64,000 nt of DNA from Ruditapes philippinarum (taxonomy: Eukaryota): NCBI RefSeq assembly GCF_026571515.1, contig NW_026865113.1, positions 434,001-498,000 of the forward strand, given 5' to 3'. The notes beneath the pieces were generated by a model. It was not told the DNA's origin, made no database searches, and saw only the letters and a list, made by a program, of their open reading frames with translations. The number at the start of each line of letters is the position of its first letter. The first letter of the stretch is position 1. Positions 1-12,310 of this stretch are shown in pieces. The position numbers and the translations under genes were made by a program.

Positions 1-644
1 TCAATTTTTTGACACTAAAAGAATTTTACTAAATTCATCTTTAATATAACCGCCAACGGCCATGTCTCTGAAACAAACGGTCCGGAATAAGTTAGCCGCA
101 GCTGTACCACCACCAGACCGAAGGCTATTAATCCCATTTTTTCTTGTCTAAAACCAATTGCAGAAAACGTGTTAAGTACAATGTTCTGATCCTATCATAT
201 AACAATTGATTGACTCCTTTAATTTATAAGAATTTCAGGATTTACGGAAAATAAAATCGTTAGAACCAACCGTGATATTACTCATATCTATAAATCTCAC
301 TAAAACATGTCTCTTTATCAGTCCTAGCTATAATACATTTTTTACCTTCATGATACATATCCGCTTTGCTTGACCGGAAAAAACTGAAGAACTATAATTG
401 TCTTAGGTCGTTTAACCCAGGAAATTGTAAAAACCCTGCATAAGCTACAAAGCACATACATAAATTCCTCAAAAACATTTAATTTTAATCTTCACTTCCA
501 AACTAGGCCATAAAAATTATTTAACTTTAAAGGATTCGCAAGTTCTTTTTTCGACACAGAATGTCCCAAAATCTTATGTGCCGCTTCCTTGATTGATATA
601 GCCCAAGTAGAATCCCAAAGGTCGAATCATGAGCCTATTTTACA
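1..644 (-). mobile_element. Near-identical duplicate of the tyrosine-recombinase fragment at 5497-6140 (tail of a 5496-bp-period duplication)
   Basis: Positions 3-644 match 5499-6140 at a constant offset of 5496 with about 6 differences. The minus strand encodes NSLRSGGGTAAAN...DRLFQRHGRW. Confidence 0.9.
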
Positions 645-645
645 G

Positions 646-2372
646 ATTCTCCAGCAACGAAAGAAGAATAAAAATGATCATGGATTATATGAAGGGTCGC
701 TTCATAGAGATCAAACCAGATGACTTGTTTGGAATGATTCGTTTAGCAGATATGCTACAAGTTAGTGATCTATATGTTTATTGTAAATACCGTATATCAA
801 ATCTTGCGATTACAAAATACAACTTTTACAAGATACTCCATGCCTGCACCTTATACGGTTTTCAACATGAACGTATAGATTAATATATTCGAGGACATCT
901 CAATGAATTATGTGAAGAAGCAGATATTTTAAAGATTGACCCAGAGTCTGTGGAACTTCTTCTTACTGATGAAGAACTTTCCTACTGGCCGATGACACGC
1001 AGATTTATGTTCATAAGAAATTGGTGTAGAGCTAACAGAAGTAATAACTACTTTGAGAAATGGTTTGAGTTCTTAGATTTCTATAAAATGGACAAATATT
1101 ACCTCGATGACATTGTTAAAAAAGACTCCCTTGTAGGAATGTCAATCACATGTTTGCAACAGGTAAATCAACATCTATGTTACAGACAAGATGCATCATT
1201 GCCGTTTGTTTTTATTCTGGGCGATGATCGCACAAGATCAAACGTTGTTGGGTTGAGTCTTGAAGACAAACAACTGTACCGATTTAACTTTCCTAATAAA
1301 ATAATGGAAACTACTAGCGTCCAATGTGTGAAATCCACCGGAAAACTGTTATTCTTCAATCCATCGAAACGGCGAATATTTACATATGACGTAAATGACG
1401 GAGTTATAACAGAGAAACGCATTGTCTGGAAGGGGAAGTATCCTGAAAACATAAGCCATATCTTAGAAACAAGCACAAGCTTAGTATTCATATCGACGGG
1501 AGTATACGATGATGGAAGTTTACGGTATCAGAGAAAAGTTCACAAATTTACACGGGGGTCAGTAGTATACCAGATGGTTAGCAAAAATGCAGATGTTCTT
1601 AATGTTGAACCGTTCATGACATTATCATTTAAAGTTAGCTGTGTGTGTTACAATCAATCAATGATTCTGATGTCCACAACTACATATTCAAAGAGGAGAA
1701 AATTGTACTGCTTTAATCTTCAAACAAACAAAATGACAGAAATTAATCTACAAATTAATGAGGACCAAAGCTATGGGCTATTTGAGCAAGCAGTCCTCTG
1801 TTAAATGTTTATTGCCAGTGCATGATAAAATTCTCGTTGTTACTGGAATGTCATTTATGTTATTGTCATTAAATAAAGATTCAGATGCCTACACTGTAGA
1901 GGAAAGGCAATGTCCAAATTTGACACTTTATCCACAGGGAGCCTTTAAATACGTATTTATTTCTGATAATTTGGTAGAATTGAACGGGCGATATGCACGT
2001 ATCAGCTATAAAAGCAAGGAACAATCTTCTTTCCAAGATTGGCATACACTTAAATTGAAAAGAATGAACAATCCTTACTTTGAACCAACAGTGTGTGCTT
2101 ATGTCGAACGGACAAAGGCATTATGTCACATTATGTGCCCACATTGTGACCCTGATGCCTGGGAAAAGGAAGCTGAAATTATCAGAAAAGAGGAAGACTT
2201 GGGACAAAGAAACATAATTATGACCAACAGTTTTTACGATGAAGAATCTGATGTTTATAGTGATTATCATGATTATGATTACTACCATGATGATTATAGT
2301 GATGATCCTTGGAATCAGAGAGAAATGTACTGGGATGCAAGTGCAGATGAATTTGTGGAAGCTTGGTGGTAA
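646..2372 (+). pseudogene. BTB(C-terminal half)-BACK, kelch-like protein, copy A (pseudogene, 5'-truncated)
   Basis: ORFs 629-883, 950-1804 and 1758-2372 align colinearly with ORF 20107-21642 (IRLADML, YWPM, SNVVGL, ISHILET, KCLLPVHDKILV, CHIMCPHCDP). There is a nonsense TAA at 881-883 where copy B has GAA, and a frameshift near 1795-1805. The 5' end is fused to the YR fragment. Confidence 0.85.
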
Positions 2373-2566
2373 CAGAAACACAGTTTACAATTGAAACTGA
2401 ATGAATATGAAAATATGTATACATTAAAAATAAGAATGAAGCCTGTTCAGAGGAGAATAAAATGTATCAGATCCATTAATCTGAATGAGAAAACCTACGG
2501 CTGTCAGTAGTCTATGTTTTAAGCGGCCTTCAGCTTTTCTAAAGGTTAAATATGTTATTTTCAGAT

Positions 2567-2965
2567 TTGTCAAAATCAAAGGAATTAAGGTGTAAATTGA
2601 AATTTGCCGACAACAATAGATACAGTGTAGTAGTTTTCCTCGTCGTCCCTTACTACTTTGTCAGGCATCTCCCATAGTTGTTCGATGGGGAAGAGATCTA
2701 GATGTTTAAAATTATGTTTTTATCATTTTTATATGTACGAAAATGATTAATATAATTTTTTAAGATAAATCGTTTCATATAATTGTCAAAATCAAAATAA
2801 TTAAGGTGTAAATTGAAATTTGCCGACAACAATATACAATGTAGTAGTTTTCCTCGTCGTCCCTTCCTACTTTGTCAGGCATCTCCCATCGTTGTTCGAT
2901 GGGGAAAAGATCTAGATGTTTTAAATTATGTTTTTATCATTTTTATATGTACGAAAATGATTAAT
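2567..2965. repeat. Two-copy tandem duplication, period about 216 bp
   Basis: ttgtcaaaatcaaa...tgtacgaaaatgattaat occurs at about 2567-2751 and about 2783-2965, nearly identical. Confidence 0.9.
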
Positions 2966-3109
2966 CTAATTTGAATAGGGCAAATCGTACACGGTTACCT
3001 ACAAAATAATAAGTAATTCAGTTTTGCACAAACAATAACCAAAAACCCCCCCAAAAAAACAAAAAAACAAAACCAAACACACAAAAACACACACAGTTGT
3101 TATAAGATA

Positions 3110-3718
3110 TTATTATATGATCTAAATATAGCTGCAATCTCATTGGTCCAAAGAGTAGTCGACGGAACTTTTTATAAAATCATATTCACTGGGTGTAGTA
3201 TCATATTCACTGGCTGAATTGGATTTTCCCAGTCTAAAAAGTAGATTGAGACCCATATTCAATGACAATACACCGTAGACTGTTAATTACGCGTGTTAAT
3301 TAAAAAATAAATGTTGTGTTTTGTTCTTTATGGCATATTTCTCGATTAAAATATCATTACTTTACTATTATACTTAAAGGTTAATCCGCAACGATGGGTA
3401 TAAACTTGAATTACTTTTGAATGCGCAGCGTTCGAGTAGTCGTTGCACGCCTAACACGTGCGTCATTTTCGCGCGCTTCAACAAGGCAAAAAATTGTAAT
3501 GTACATTTTGTGTTTTTTTTTTAATTCTAAGCCTATTCATATAATAAAACAATTATTGACTAGTGAGCCATTGAATATCATGTGATATTCACCGGCAGAA
3601 AGTCATATTGACCTCGGCTATCGCCTCGGTCAATATGTCATATGCCGGTATGTCATTTGCCGGTGAATATCTCATCATATTTAATGGCTCACTAGTCAAT
3701 AATTGTATATTATTGAAT
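3110..3718 (+). mobile_element. Non-autonomous element with a long terminal palindrome (Crypton-like non-autonomous type)
   Basis: Hairpin acaattattgactagtgagccattgaatat...atatttaatggctcactagtcaataattgt at about 3549-3706. An inverted, internally deleted second copy lies at about 3902-4192. Family assignment is by resemblance only. Confidence 0.55.
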
Positions 3719-3901
3719 GTACAATATCCGTCACGCATTCCTCCCTGCTTATTTAATCATCAACACTATAAATGTCAGAGTTAATGACAACATATCAATT
3801 CTGATAAGAAGTGCGTGGCAATTATATTATGATACTATTATAGTTAAAGTTTACTATGAACTTGCGTAGTTGGTGCACGTCTGACACTTCAACGAATATT
3901 A

Positions 3902-4192
3902 CACAATTATTAACTAGTGAGCCATTGAATATGATGTGATATTCACCGGCAGATGACATATTGACCGAGGTGATTAAATATTAAATATAATAGTGAAGCA
4001 ATGATATTTTAATCGAGAAATATGCCATAAAGAACAAAAAGCAACAATTATATTTTAATTAGCACGCGTAATTAACAGTCTACGGTGTATTATCCTCAAT
4101 CTATTTTTAGCCTGGGAAAATCCATTTCAGCTAGTGAATATGATACTACACGCAGTAAATATAATTTTATAAAAATGTTCTTGTTGACTACC
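3902..4192 (-). mobile_element. Deleted inverted copy of the 3110-3718 element
   Basis: About 3985-4190 is the reverse complement of about 3155-3375, and 3902-3970 is half of the terminal palindrome. Confidence 0.6.
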
Positions 4193-4524
4193 AAGATATA
4201 TGGTGCAATATGATATACATGTGACTTTATACAATTATTAAACACTTGAATCTTTAAATTTTGATGTTATTTCAAATACTGAAATAACTTTTTAAACATA
4301 AATCAATCAATATATATTTATGTGATTATGCTATTGTTAATGGCGTTTTGCGTTTATACCTACCTAAAAATGGTTGAATTGTGATCTATATATAGATTCT
4401 TCATTTTTGGAAAATAACTTGTAATTCACACGGTTGTAAACTATAAAACACACAATAGATAAAAAGTAGCAGAGGGGTATATTTTACAGACACGGACGAT
4501 AAATGCGAGTTTATTTTTGTTAAA

Positions 4525-4635
4525 ATGGATTTAGAAGACACTTATTCGTATCCATTTGTTTTTGACAAGATATCACCGGACAGCGATAGTACACAATATA
4601 TCATTTCCACGAAATTGCTAGACTTCGAAATATCG
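4525..4635 (+). CDS. Predicted coding exon 1 of BTB-BACK gene copy B (MDLEDTYSYPFVFDKISPDSDSTQYIISTKLLDFEIS)
   Basis: ATG at 4525, 37 open codons, phase-0 donor GTAAAG at 4636. The phase is compatible with exon 17068-17155 and it supplies the missing BTB N-terminus. Confidence 0.55.
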
Positions 4636-4914
4636 GTAAAGTATACGATTTATTTTGCTCTCATGTTTCAACTTGTATTGAAGAATTAGCTTGCTCCAAC
4701 GAAAATAAATTATTTATTTTATTTAAAAGCTATTAAGCATAATAAACGAAGAGATTAGCCAATTGTATTGCTTTTTTAGATCGGAAAGTACAGGAATAAA
4801 TTCAAAAATAAATCATGCCTCTTCGCACTCCATATAACTTGAATGAAAGCATCACCTGTTTAATATAATCCATCAAAATGAGCTTCTTCTTTTTGGGGTG
4901 GGAGGGATGGGATG

Positions 4915-5094
4915 GAAAAATAAACATGTAAACAAAGCAATACAGTTACCTCGAGTGATTTTATAAGCCTTTTGATAAGTTTATAGTAATCTTATACGCT
5001 TAGTTGATGCACGAAAATATCATGCAAGACAATATGTACACAGTTACTACATTACAACATTGTTCAATAGTTGTATCAAGAAAAAATACATTTA
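4915..5094 (-). repeat. Split direct repeat A2 (partner A1 at 15368-15544)
   Basis: Shared aaataaacatgt..gcaataca.ttacctcgagtgattt and gcttagttga.gcacgaaaatatcatgcaagacaat in the same orientation at both sites. Confidence 0.8.
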
Positions 5095-5109
5095 TTTTCT
5101 AATTCGTTT

Positions 5110-5225
5110 GAAAATGAAATATTTATTCTCTTTAAAAGCTATTAAGCATAATAACAAACGAGACATATTAGAATTGACCAATTGCATTGGTTTTATTACA
5201 TTGAGCAAATAGAACAGAGAAAATA
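5110..5225 (-). repeat. Split direct repeat B1 (partner B2 at about 4700-4812)
   Basis: Shared tttaaaagctattaagcataataa..ccaattg.attg.tttt at both sites in the same orientation. Confidence 0.7.
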
Positions 5226-5402
5226 AAAATCCCTAAAGAAAGCCCAACAAGGCAAAATTGAAAACTCGGTTTGATTGAGCCTGTTCATGGACGGTACTGT
5301 CAAATGCAAACTATCGTCCACGCCCCCTAGCACCGGCTTAAGCAGCATTCAACATTTAACTTGCACTTGTACAATTTTGAATGTTGAAGCATCTGCAGAT
5401 GA
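5225..5402. repeat. Dispersed repeat of about 180 bp (inverted copy at 52432-52617; related fragment near 14112-14182)
   Basis: ctcggtttgattgagcctgttcatggacggtactg...gccccctagcaccggcttaagcag is reverse-complemented at about 52490-52570. Confidence 0.8.
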
Positions 5403-5489
5403 ACGGGAACATAGTCAATTACCTTATAATAGTCTAACAGTCAGTGAAACAATTTACAAATCATACCATTGGTAATCAAATATTCATAT

Positions 5490-6410
5490 TTTTACCTAAA
5501 TTTTTTGACACTGAAAGAATTTTACTAAATTCATCTTTAATATAACCGCCAACGGCCATGTCTCTGAAACAAACGGTCCGGAATAAGTTAGCCGCAGCTG
5601 TACCACCACCAGACCGAAGGCTATTAATCCCATTTTTTCTTGTCTAAAACCAATTGCAGAAAACGTGTTAAGTACAATGTTCTGACCCTATCATATAACA
5701 ATTGATTGACTCCTTTAATTTATAAGAATTTCTAGATTTACGGAAAATAAAATCGTTAGAACCAACCGTGATATTACTCATATCTATAAATCTCTCTAAA
5801 ACATGTCTCTTTATCAGTCCTAGCTATAATACATTTTTTACCTTCATGATACATATCCGCTTTGCTTGACCGGAAAAAACTGAAGAACTATAATTGTCTT
5901 AGGTCGTTTAACCCAGGAAATTGTAAAAACCCTGCATAAGCTACAAAGCACATACATAAATTCCTCAAAAACATTTAATTTTAATCTTCACTTCCAAACT
6001 AGGCCATAAAAATTATTTAACTTTAAAGGATTCGCAAGTTCTTTTTTCGACACAGAATGTCCCAAAATCTTATGTGCCGCTTCCTTGATTGATATAACCC
6101 AAGTAGAATCCCAAAGGTCGAATCATGAGCCTATTTTACAAAATAATAAACTTCATCAACAGAAACTGGAGAATTTGATCTCTGAATAACTGATCTGATA
6201 TGAGATATAATGCCAAACTAAAATCACTAGCTGGTATAAATTCGACACCATGTTTCCGTGCCCAAAAACACCAATTTCCAAAAACTCTTTGATATTTTTT
6301 CACAGTGTTAGAAGCTTTGGATTTCAATATGACATTTTGTAATTCAGCAGCCAAGGAGAAAACTGCGGGCCTTGAAAATGAACTGGGTTGACCCTTCGAG
6401 CAATCAGATC
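5490..6410 (-). pseudogene. Tyrosine recombinase of the Ngaro-type element (inactivated)
   Basis: N-terminal SKASNTVKKYQRVFGNWCFWA..IPASDFSLALYL (ORF 6136-6435); AYAGFLQF (catalytic R to Q); SKADMYHEG..IIARTDKETC; NSLRSGGGTAAAN (H to N); DRLFQRHGRW..GYIKD. Several frameshifts. Confidence 0.85.
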
Positions 6411-6669
6411 TGTAAAATGTATAAAAAGAAAACACAATAAAAGGTGCGTCCTAATAAAAACTGTGATACAAAGCACATTGTATTACATAAAATTTAAGTA
6501 ATGATATTAGCTGTGCAAAATGTTTACAGCCAACCAGTCATGACTTTTTCCTTTCTCAACAATAAACCAATAAAACAGTACATGTAATATTGGGCTAACC
6601 TGTCTATGGCAGAAATCAATCTATAAACACAAAATATTGCAACTGCCGACCTTTCAAGGGCAAAACACA

Positions 6670-7366
6670 TATAGTATGATTAAATTGACCTGTCAATTAC
6701 GAATACATGATAGCACTCATTTAAATACTCGATCCCACTTTGGTCTAGCCCGTTTAGTTTACGAAAATTAATATGGAAGATATTAGTCATGTGTTGAAAG
6801 TCACACAAGCTTAATGTGAGGTCTTCGTTACACTCACAATAGCACAGTCGGTTAAGTGAATGCCTGATAATCGAGAGGTCTGTGGTTCGATCCATACGGT
6901 TGCCATTGTTTTAGACCTACTCTTTCTTTATTTTTGCAGTATTTTTTAATGGAATCGATTTGCATTGCGTTTTACGGCATTGAAATGACATTCATTGAGT
7001 TTAATCCGAATAAATTTTAAACATTAATTATGAAACCGTGTTCTTTAAAAAGAAATAGACTTTACAAAGTTAAGTATAACATAATAAAACAAAACGAACA
7101 ACTTGAAAATAAGCATATCTTCAATAATATTGAAAATATGAATAAGAAAAAAAAACATGAACCTTTGCGGTCTTGAACATACTCCATTTAGGGCACTTAT
7201 ATTATAAAACCGTATTTTACCATATTGCGCTATAACGCTGAGTACATATACTTCATAAATACAAATTTAATTAAATTATGTCGAACAGCGAACATCTCAA
7301 AATCGATCGAAGATTAATATATTGCGTGCATTGACGTAATTGACAAGTTAATAAAATCAAACAATA
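6670..7366 (-). mobile_element. MITE family Y, copy 1 (TIR about TATAGTCTGATTTTATTGACCTGTCAATT, TA target) with two convergent tRNA-like arms
   Basis: TIRs at 6670-6698 and 7338-7366. Reverse-complement similarity to 7519-8280 and 10721-11526. A-box and B-box at 6840-6893. Confidence 0.8.
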
Positions 7367-7518
7367 AAAGAAATATAAACTACCGATATAAATAATGTGG
7401 CCATACCACGTGACTTTTCTGGTACGGTACACGCATAAAGGTGTTTTTTATCAATAACTTTGCTGTTTCTCAACCGATTTTGATCGGATAAAACGCAGAG
7501 TACCCGTAATTTATCAGC

Positions 7519-8280
7519 TATTGTTTGATTTTATTAACCTGTCGATTGCATTCTGACTATACGATTAATGCACACAATATATTAATCTTCGATAGATTTT
7601 CGGTAAGTTCCATGATATGTTCGCAGTGAGATGATGTGATATACTGAGCGTTATAGCGCAATAGAGTAAACTACGGGTCAATCTAGGTGTTGTAAGATCG
7701 AGACTGTGAAGGTCCTTGCTTTTTTTCTTATTTATATTTTCATCATTATCGAAGCTATGATTGACTTTTTATGTTGTTCTTTTTGTTTTAATATGTTTTG
7801 CGCTTATTTTGGTAAAGTATACTCTTTTAAAATAAATTCATGTAAGAATTATTATTTAAAATCCATTCAGATTAAAATCAGTATGTGTCATTTTAATACC
7901 GTAAAATACAAAACAAAACAGTTTCTAAGCAGCTTCCGTGTAGACGGAATTATGAATTATGCATATCCGTGTAGACAATTATGCTAACTCGGCCATTTCC
8001 AGTAAAATATTCTGAAAAAAATAAAGAGTAGGCCTAAAACAATGGCAACAGTAGGGATCGAACCACAAACCTCCCATATATCAGGCAACCACTTAACCGA
8101 CTGTGCTATTGCGGATGTAACGACGGTCATTACATTAAGCCGGCGTGACCTTTAAAACATAAATTTTATACTCCATATTAATTCTCGTAAACTACACGGA
8201 CATAACCGAAGTGAGATCTAATATTTAAATTTGTGCTATAATGTATTCATAATTGACAGGTCAATAAAATCAGACTTATA
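7519..8280 (+). mobile_element. MITE family Y, copy 2
   Basis: TIRs tattgtttgattttattaacctgtc and gacaggtcaataaaatcagacttata. Inserted at a TA in the left TIR of P. Confidence 0.8.
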
Positions 8281-10199
8281 CCCACGGTAAATCAAAATTT
8301 TGAAAACTATTGAATGCTTTTTGAGAACATACGAGTACAGATTTATTTTCATAGCCGGTGCTGACGGGAACAGTACACACTCATTTATCACAACAATCGA
8401 TTTCTAGCAAGTCGTCCGTTCTTTTAGAAAAATGAATGCTTAATCTAAAAGATTTACAATGTCCAATGTATCTAGTGAATACAGTGATGTTTTCGCATAT
8501 TTTCGTAAAGATATGTTGAAATGGTACGGAACACACTGCTATTTTAAAATATACGGTACACACATTTTAGTCTTTTTGAAATGAATCTGTACAAAATTGC
8601 TTCAACTTATAATGTAAGTGTCTTTTTTCTTCGATTTTCATATTTTATTTAACCCTACGTGAACCCTGGGAACAGTTTTGCAAGGTATCATTACATGTCA
8701 ACATGATTACTTAATGATTAATAAATTTTAAAAACAAAAGAACATTTTGATAGAATGTCGTGCACAATTCGTTTATAAAATGTTTTGCAATTTATATTTT
8801 GATTGTAGCATGCTAATATTACAATTAAGTTATTGTTGAAAAAGATATCAGTAGGAATTTGAGAAAACGAAAGAAGATATTTGAAACCTTACTTTTTCAC
8901 GAAATGCGTTTTCATATACACTTAAAATGTTAATAATGTTTATGTGTGCATTAATTGTTACGAGATCAGGCTTAAGATTTACGTTCTTTATGTCATTGCC
9001 ATGTTGAAAATCGACTAGGATATGCTAAACGCTTTGATCTTCACAGGATCGTGCGCTTGCATGTAAACAGCTTGTTCTATAGTTGCTGTTGATAGAAAAA
9101 TATGTTAACTGTTTTATTTTGCCATTTCAATTTTCAAATCACGTCATGAAAATTAATTTTCCAAGCGAAAAAGCGTACTCTTGTATATCTATTATCATTT
9201 AGAATTAAATGTGTGCATTTTCCTGATATTTACTCGCATTTTTTCCTATATATTCTTTATATCTTATATGAGGTAAAAAAGACGCAATATGTCAAAACTT
9301 TACTTGTAATTTAATGTCTGAATATTTCATGTCCGAACAGTGCGAATGAAATAATGTACATGTAATAATTATATTGTATTATAGTAATTACATAATTACT
9401 ATATACAATCAGTCGAAAATCAATATATGGTAAGAAATTTCTCTTGAATGAATCTTGAATGATTTAATACCTTTATATTCGAAAACCTAATAATATTTTT
9501 TTCTCATGCCAGTGACCAACACATTGACAAATGAGAACGTGTAGCGTTCAATGTTAACAAAAGTACAAAAAGAAATGCCTTAAAGAGAGGTCCCCTTGGT
9601 GTTCAAATTATTGCCAACATTTAGAATGTGGATAGACTGTGAATAACAAATAAAGATATTAAATATACTACTCGAAACTTAATCAAGTTTTGAACTTATG
9701 ACTGAACTTTAAAGCAAACCGAAAAAGCATTTATAAGCCAGCTGTTGATTGACACATAAATTTATGTTACTTGTACGAATATTATAATATGTGCTAGGGT
9801 CTAGGGACTTAAAAGATGCGGAACTCCCAGGGTTTTCACCATGTGATCATCCAATACGAAACGTTGTCGGACCAAATGTTAACTATATAGCCTTTTATTA
9901 TTCTATATATCTTTTTAGTGAAAACATCTCTAGTTTATGTAGCCCCGTTTTGATTTTCGAGCATTTTGTCAACTCCATAATGTATTTATTCTGATTTTTT
10001 TTTATTTTCCAGACTCAAAGTATATGTTATATTTATAAAGGAGAAAAAGTGGAAGATATAAAAAATAATTTCTTGAAGAAAAAAAAATACGATAAGTAAA
10101 AGTAACAAACAAAAAAATGTAAAAAGGTAAAAAAATACTAAAACCATTACCCTGCACTATATTGCCAATCATGAAAGAATCAAATATGGTATCCTATCC

Positions 10200-10365
10200 A
10201 GCTAGCTTACGGAACGCCGGTGGTTCTACTCAGGTGCCCGTTCGTGCCTGAAATAATGCACGGAAGGGCACCTGAGGTCTTCCTCCACCAGTAAAGCTGT
10301 AACGTCGCCATATGACCTATACTGTGTCGGTGCGACGTAAAACCCAATCAAACAAACAAACAAAT
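10200..10365 (+). mobile_element. 5'-truncated tRNA-derived bivalve-type SINE with (AAAC)n tail
   Basis: gctagcttacggaacg..gtggttctactcaggtgcccg..gggcacctgaggtcttcctccaccagtaaagct..cgacgtaaaacccaat(caaa)n. A second copy is at 49390-49553. Confidence 0.8.
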
Positions 10366-10720
10366 ATGGTAGCAAATCTATCACGAGTACAAGAAATAAC
10401 AACAAATTATGTTTGAAAGCCAAACGTCACAAGTATTCCAACGTATGGAAATGCCGAATATTTTTACAAAGAAAAAAATAGATAATGTTATAAAAAATAA
10501 AATGTAACCACAGAAGAAATCACAGCACAATTATAAAAAAAAGCATTCATTTTTTATGAAACAGTGAAAAAGAACGGACGACTTGCTAGAAATCGCTAGA
10601 AGTCCCCTCGGCCCCGGCTATGAACACAAAACTGTACTCAAATGTTCTAAAAAAACATTCAAGGCTTTTCACTGTGGGTAGCCGGATACTCTGCGCCTTA
10701 TCTGATCAAAATCGGTTGAG

Positions 10721-11526
10721 TATTGTTTGATTTTATTAACCTGCCAATTCCATACTGATTATACGGTCAATGCAAAGAATATACATGTATTAATATTCGA
10801 TAAATGTTCGGTAATTTCCGTGAGATTTAAGCAGTAAGATATGATTAAATACATCTGGTTTCTATGAATAAGTTATACTGACCGTTATAGCGCAAAAGGG
10901 TAAACTACCGGTATATTCTAAATGTCCTACGTGTTGTAAGATCAAGACCGCGTATGTCCAGGTTTTTTTTTCTTATTCATAACTATTTTCAACATTTTTG
11001 AAGTTAAGGTTGTTCTGTCTGTTTTAATAGGTTTTGCACTTTTTTGTTAATACTATAAAAGTATATAACATTGTTAAAGAATTAAAATTCAAAATTCATT
11101 CGGATTAAGATCAGTTAATGTCTGGACATACGCTGTCTCGATCTTACCGTAAAATACAATACAAAACGTGACAATTCAGTGTTTCTTAGTTGTTTCATAT
11201 CTGTGTAGAAAATTCTGAAAGCGCTTGACCTTTTTCATTATAATATGCTTAAAAATAAAGAAAAAATAAATCTAAAAATAAGTGACGTCTAAAAAAAAGT
11301 CAAAAGAAGGGATCGGATCTCTCATACATTAGGTAATCACTTAACCGACTGTGCTATTGCGGATGTTACGAGAACCTACATAAAGCTAGTGGGAGTTTTC
11401 CAAACGTTAGCTATATACTCCATATTAATTCTCGTAAAATAAACGGGCCAAACGGAAGTAGGATCGAATATTTAAATGAGTGCTTTAATGTATTCATAAT
11501 TGACAGGTCAATAAAATCAGACTATA
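10721..11526 (+). mobile_element. MITE family Y, copy 3
   Basis: Same TIRs and internal arms as 7519-8280. Inserted at gttgag|TA|acagc in the right TIR of P. Confidence 0.8.
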
Positions 11527-12310
11527 ACAGCAAAGTTATTAATAAAAACATACCTTAATCGGTGAAAAATCTGTTTGTATTGTCCAACAATATTGACGTG
11601 GCACTTCATTAACTTTCGTAAAGGTCATCTGAATAAACACTGACCATGCAGTATCTGTCGAATATATCGATATATTTGCTAACTGCACTTGTCAGTGATG
11701 TGTGGTGTATTGGTATAGATGTCGGACTACCGATATGAAGGTCTCTGGTTCGATTCCTTACCAATTCTACGTTATGATATTTTAAAAAATTTACTTGCAA
11801 AATTTAATTTGAAATCATTTTACTACACCTGGTTTTAGAATACCTTTTTCAGTGGTATTTTTTTATACACAATTACGTATACATTTTTTTTATTTCATTA
11901 CAGTATATTACGGCTCTTTTTGTGACATTATGCCATCTAGGCTTTAGCGCATACACGCTATATTATTAAGAATGCTACACAGATAGTACACACAACAAAA
12001 CTGGTTTGCAATAGTTTTAGTAGAATGGCATTGTTTAAAATTAAAATAAAAAATAAATCGATGAAATAGGATTCGAACCAACCAGTAAAATCTTCTACAT
12101 TCTTCAAGTGAAACCCCTTTACCAATTGCGCTGAGAGGGATACTTAATTTACACCATTTTAACAATTGAATATCAACATTCATATCGATTTTACAAGTAG
12201 ATCGTAACATTTACGAAATATACCGAGTACAAGGTCAAATGCATGAATGCCAGGTCAATGTTGTTGGAAAATACCGAACCCGAAATGTCACGTGGTATGG
12301 CACGTTGATA

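Larger units (their letters stand above)
7439..11555. mobile_element. Kolobok-like non-autonomous DNA transposon P with long TIRs, each interrupted by a Y MITE
   Basis: Ends ataa|AGGTGTTTT and aaaacatacc|TTAA. The left TIR (7439-7518 plus 8281-8441) is the reverse complement of the right TIR (10541-10720 plus 11527-11555). Confidence 0.7.
7388..12310. mobile_element. TIR element Q (left TIR split by element P; body 11577-12310)
   Basis: The reverse complement of the right end, tatcaacgtgccataccacgtgacatttcgggttcggtattttccaacaacattgacc, matches 7388-7428 joined to 11577-11600. Internal tRNA-like arms at about 11697-11770 (+) and 12065-12135 (-). Confidence 0.7.

Noticed and set aside
629-645. 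ATG 629 as the true start of BTB copy A
   Set aside because: It lies in the duplicated antisense YR fragment and is a junction artefact.
6838-6906. Functional tRNA gene
   Set aside because: A and B boxes are present but the stems do not close into a cloverleaf, and it recurs inside a repeated MITE.
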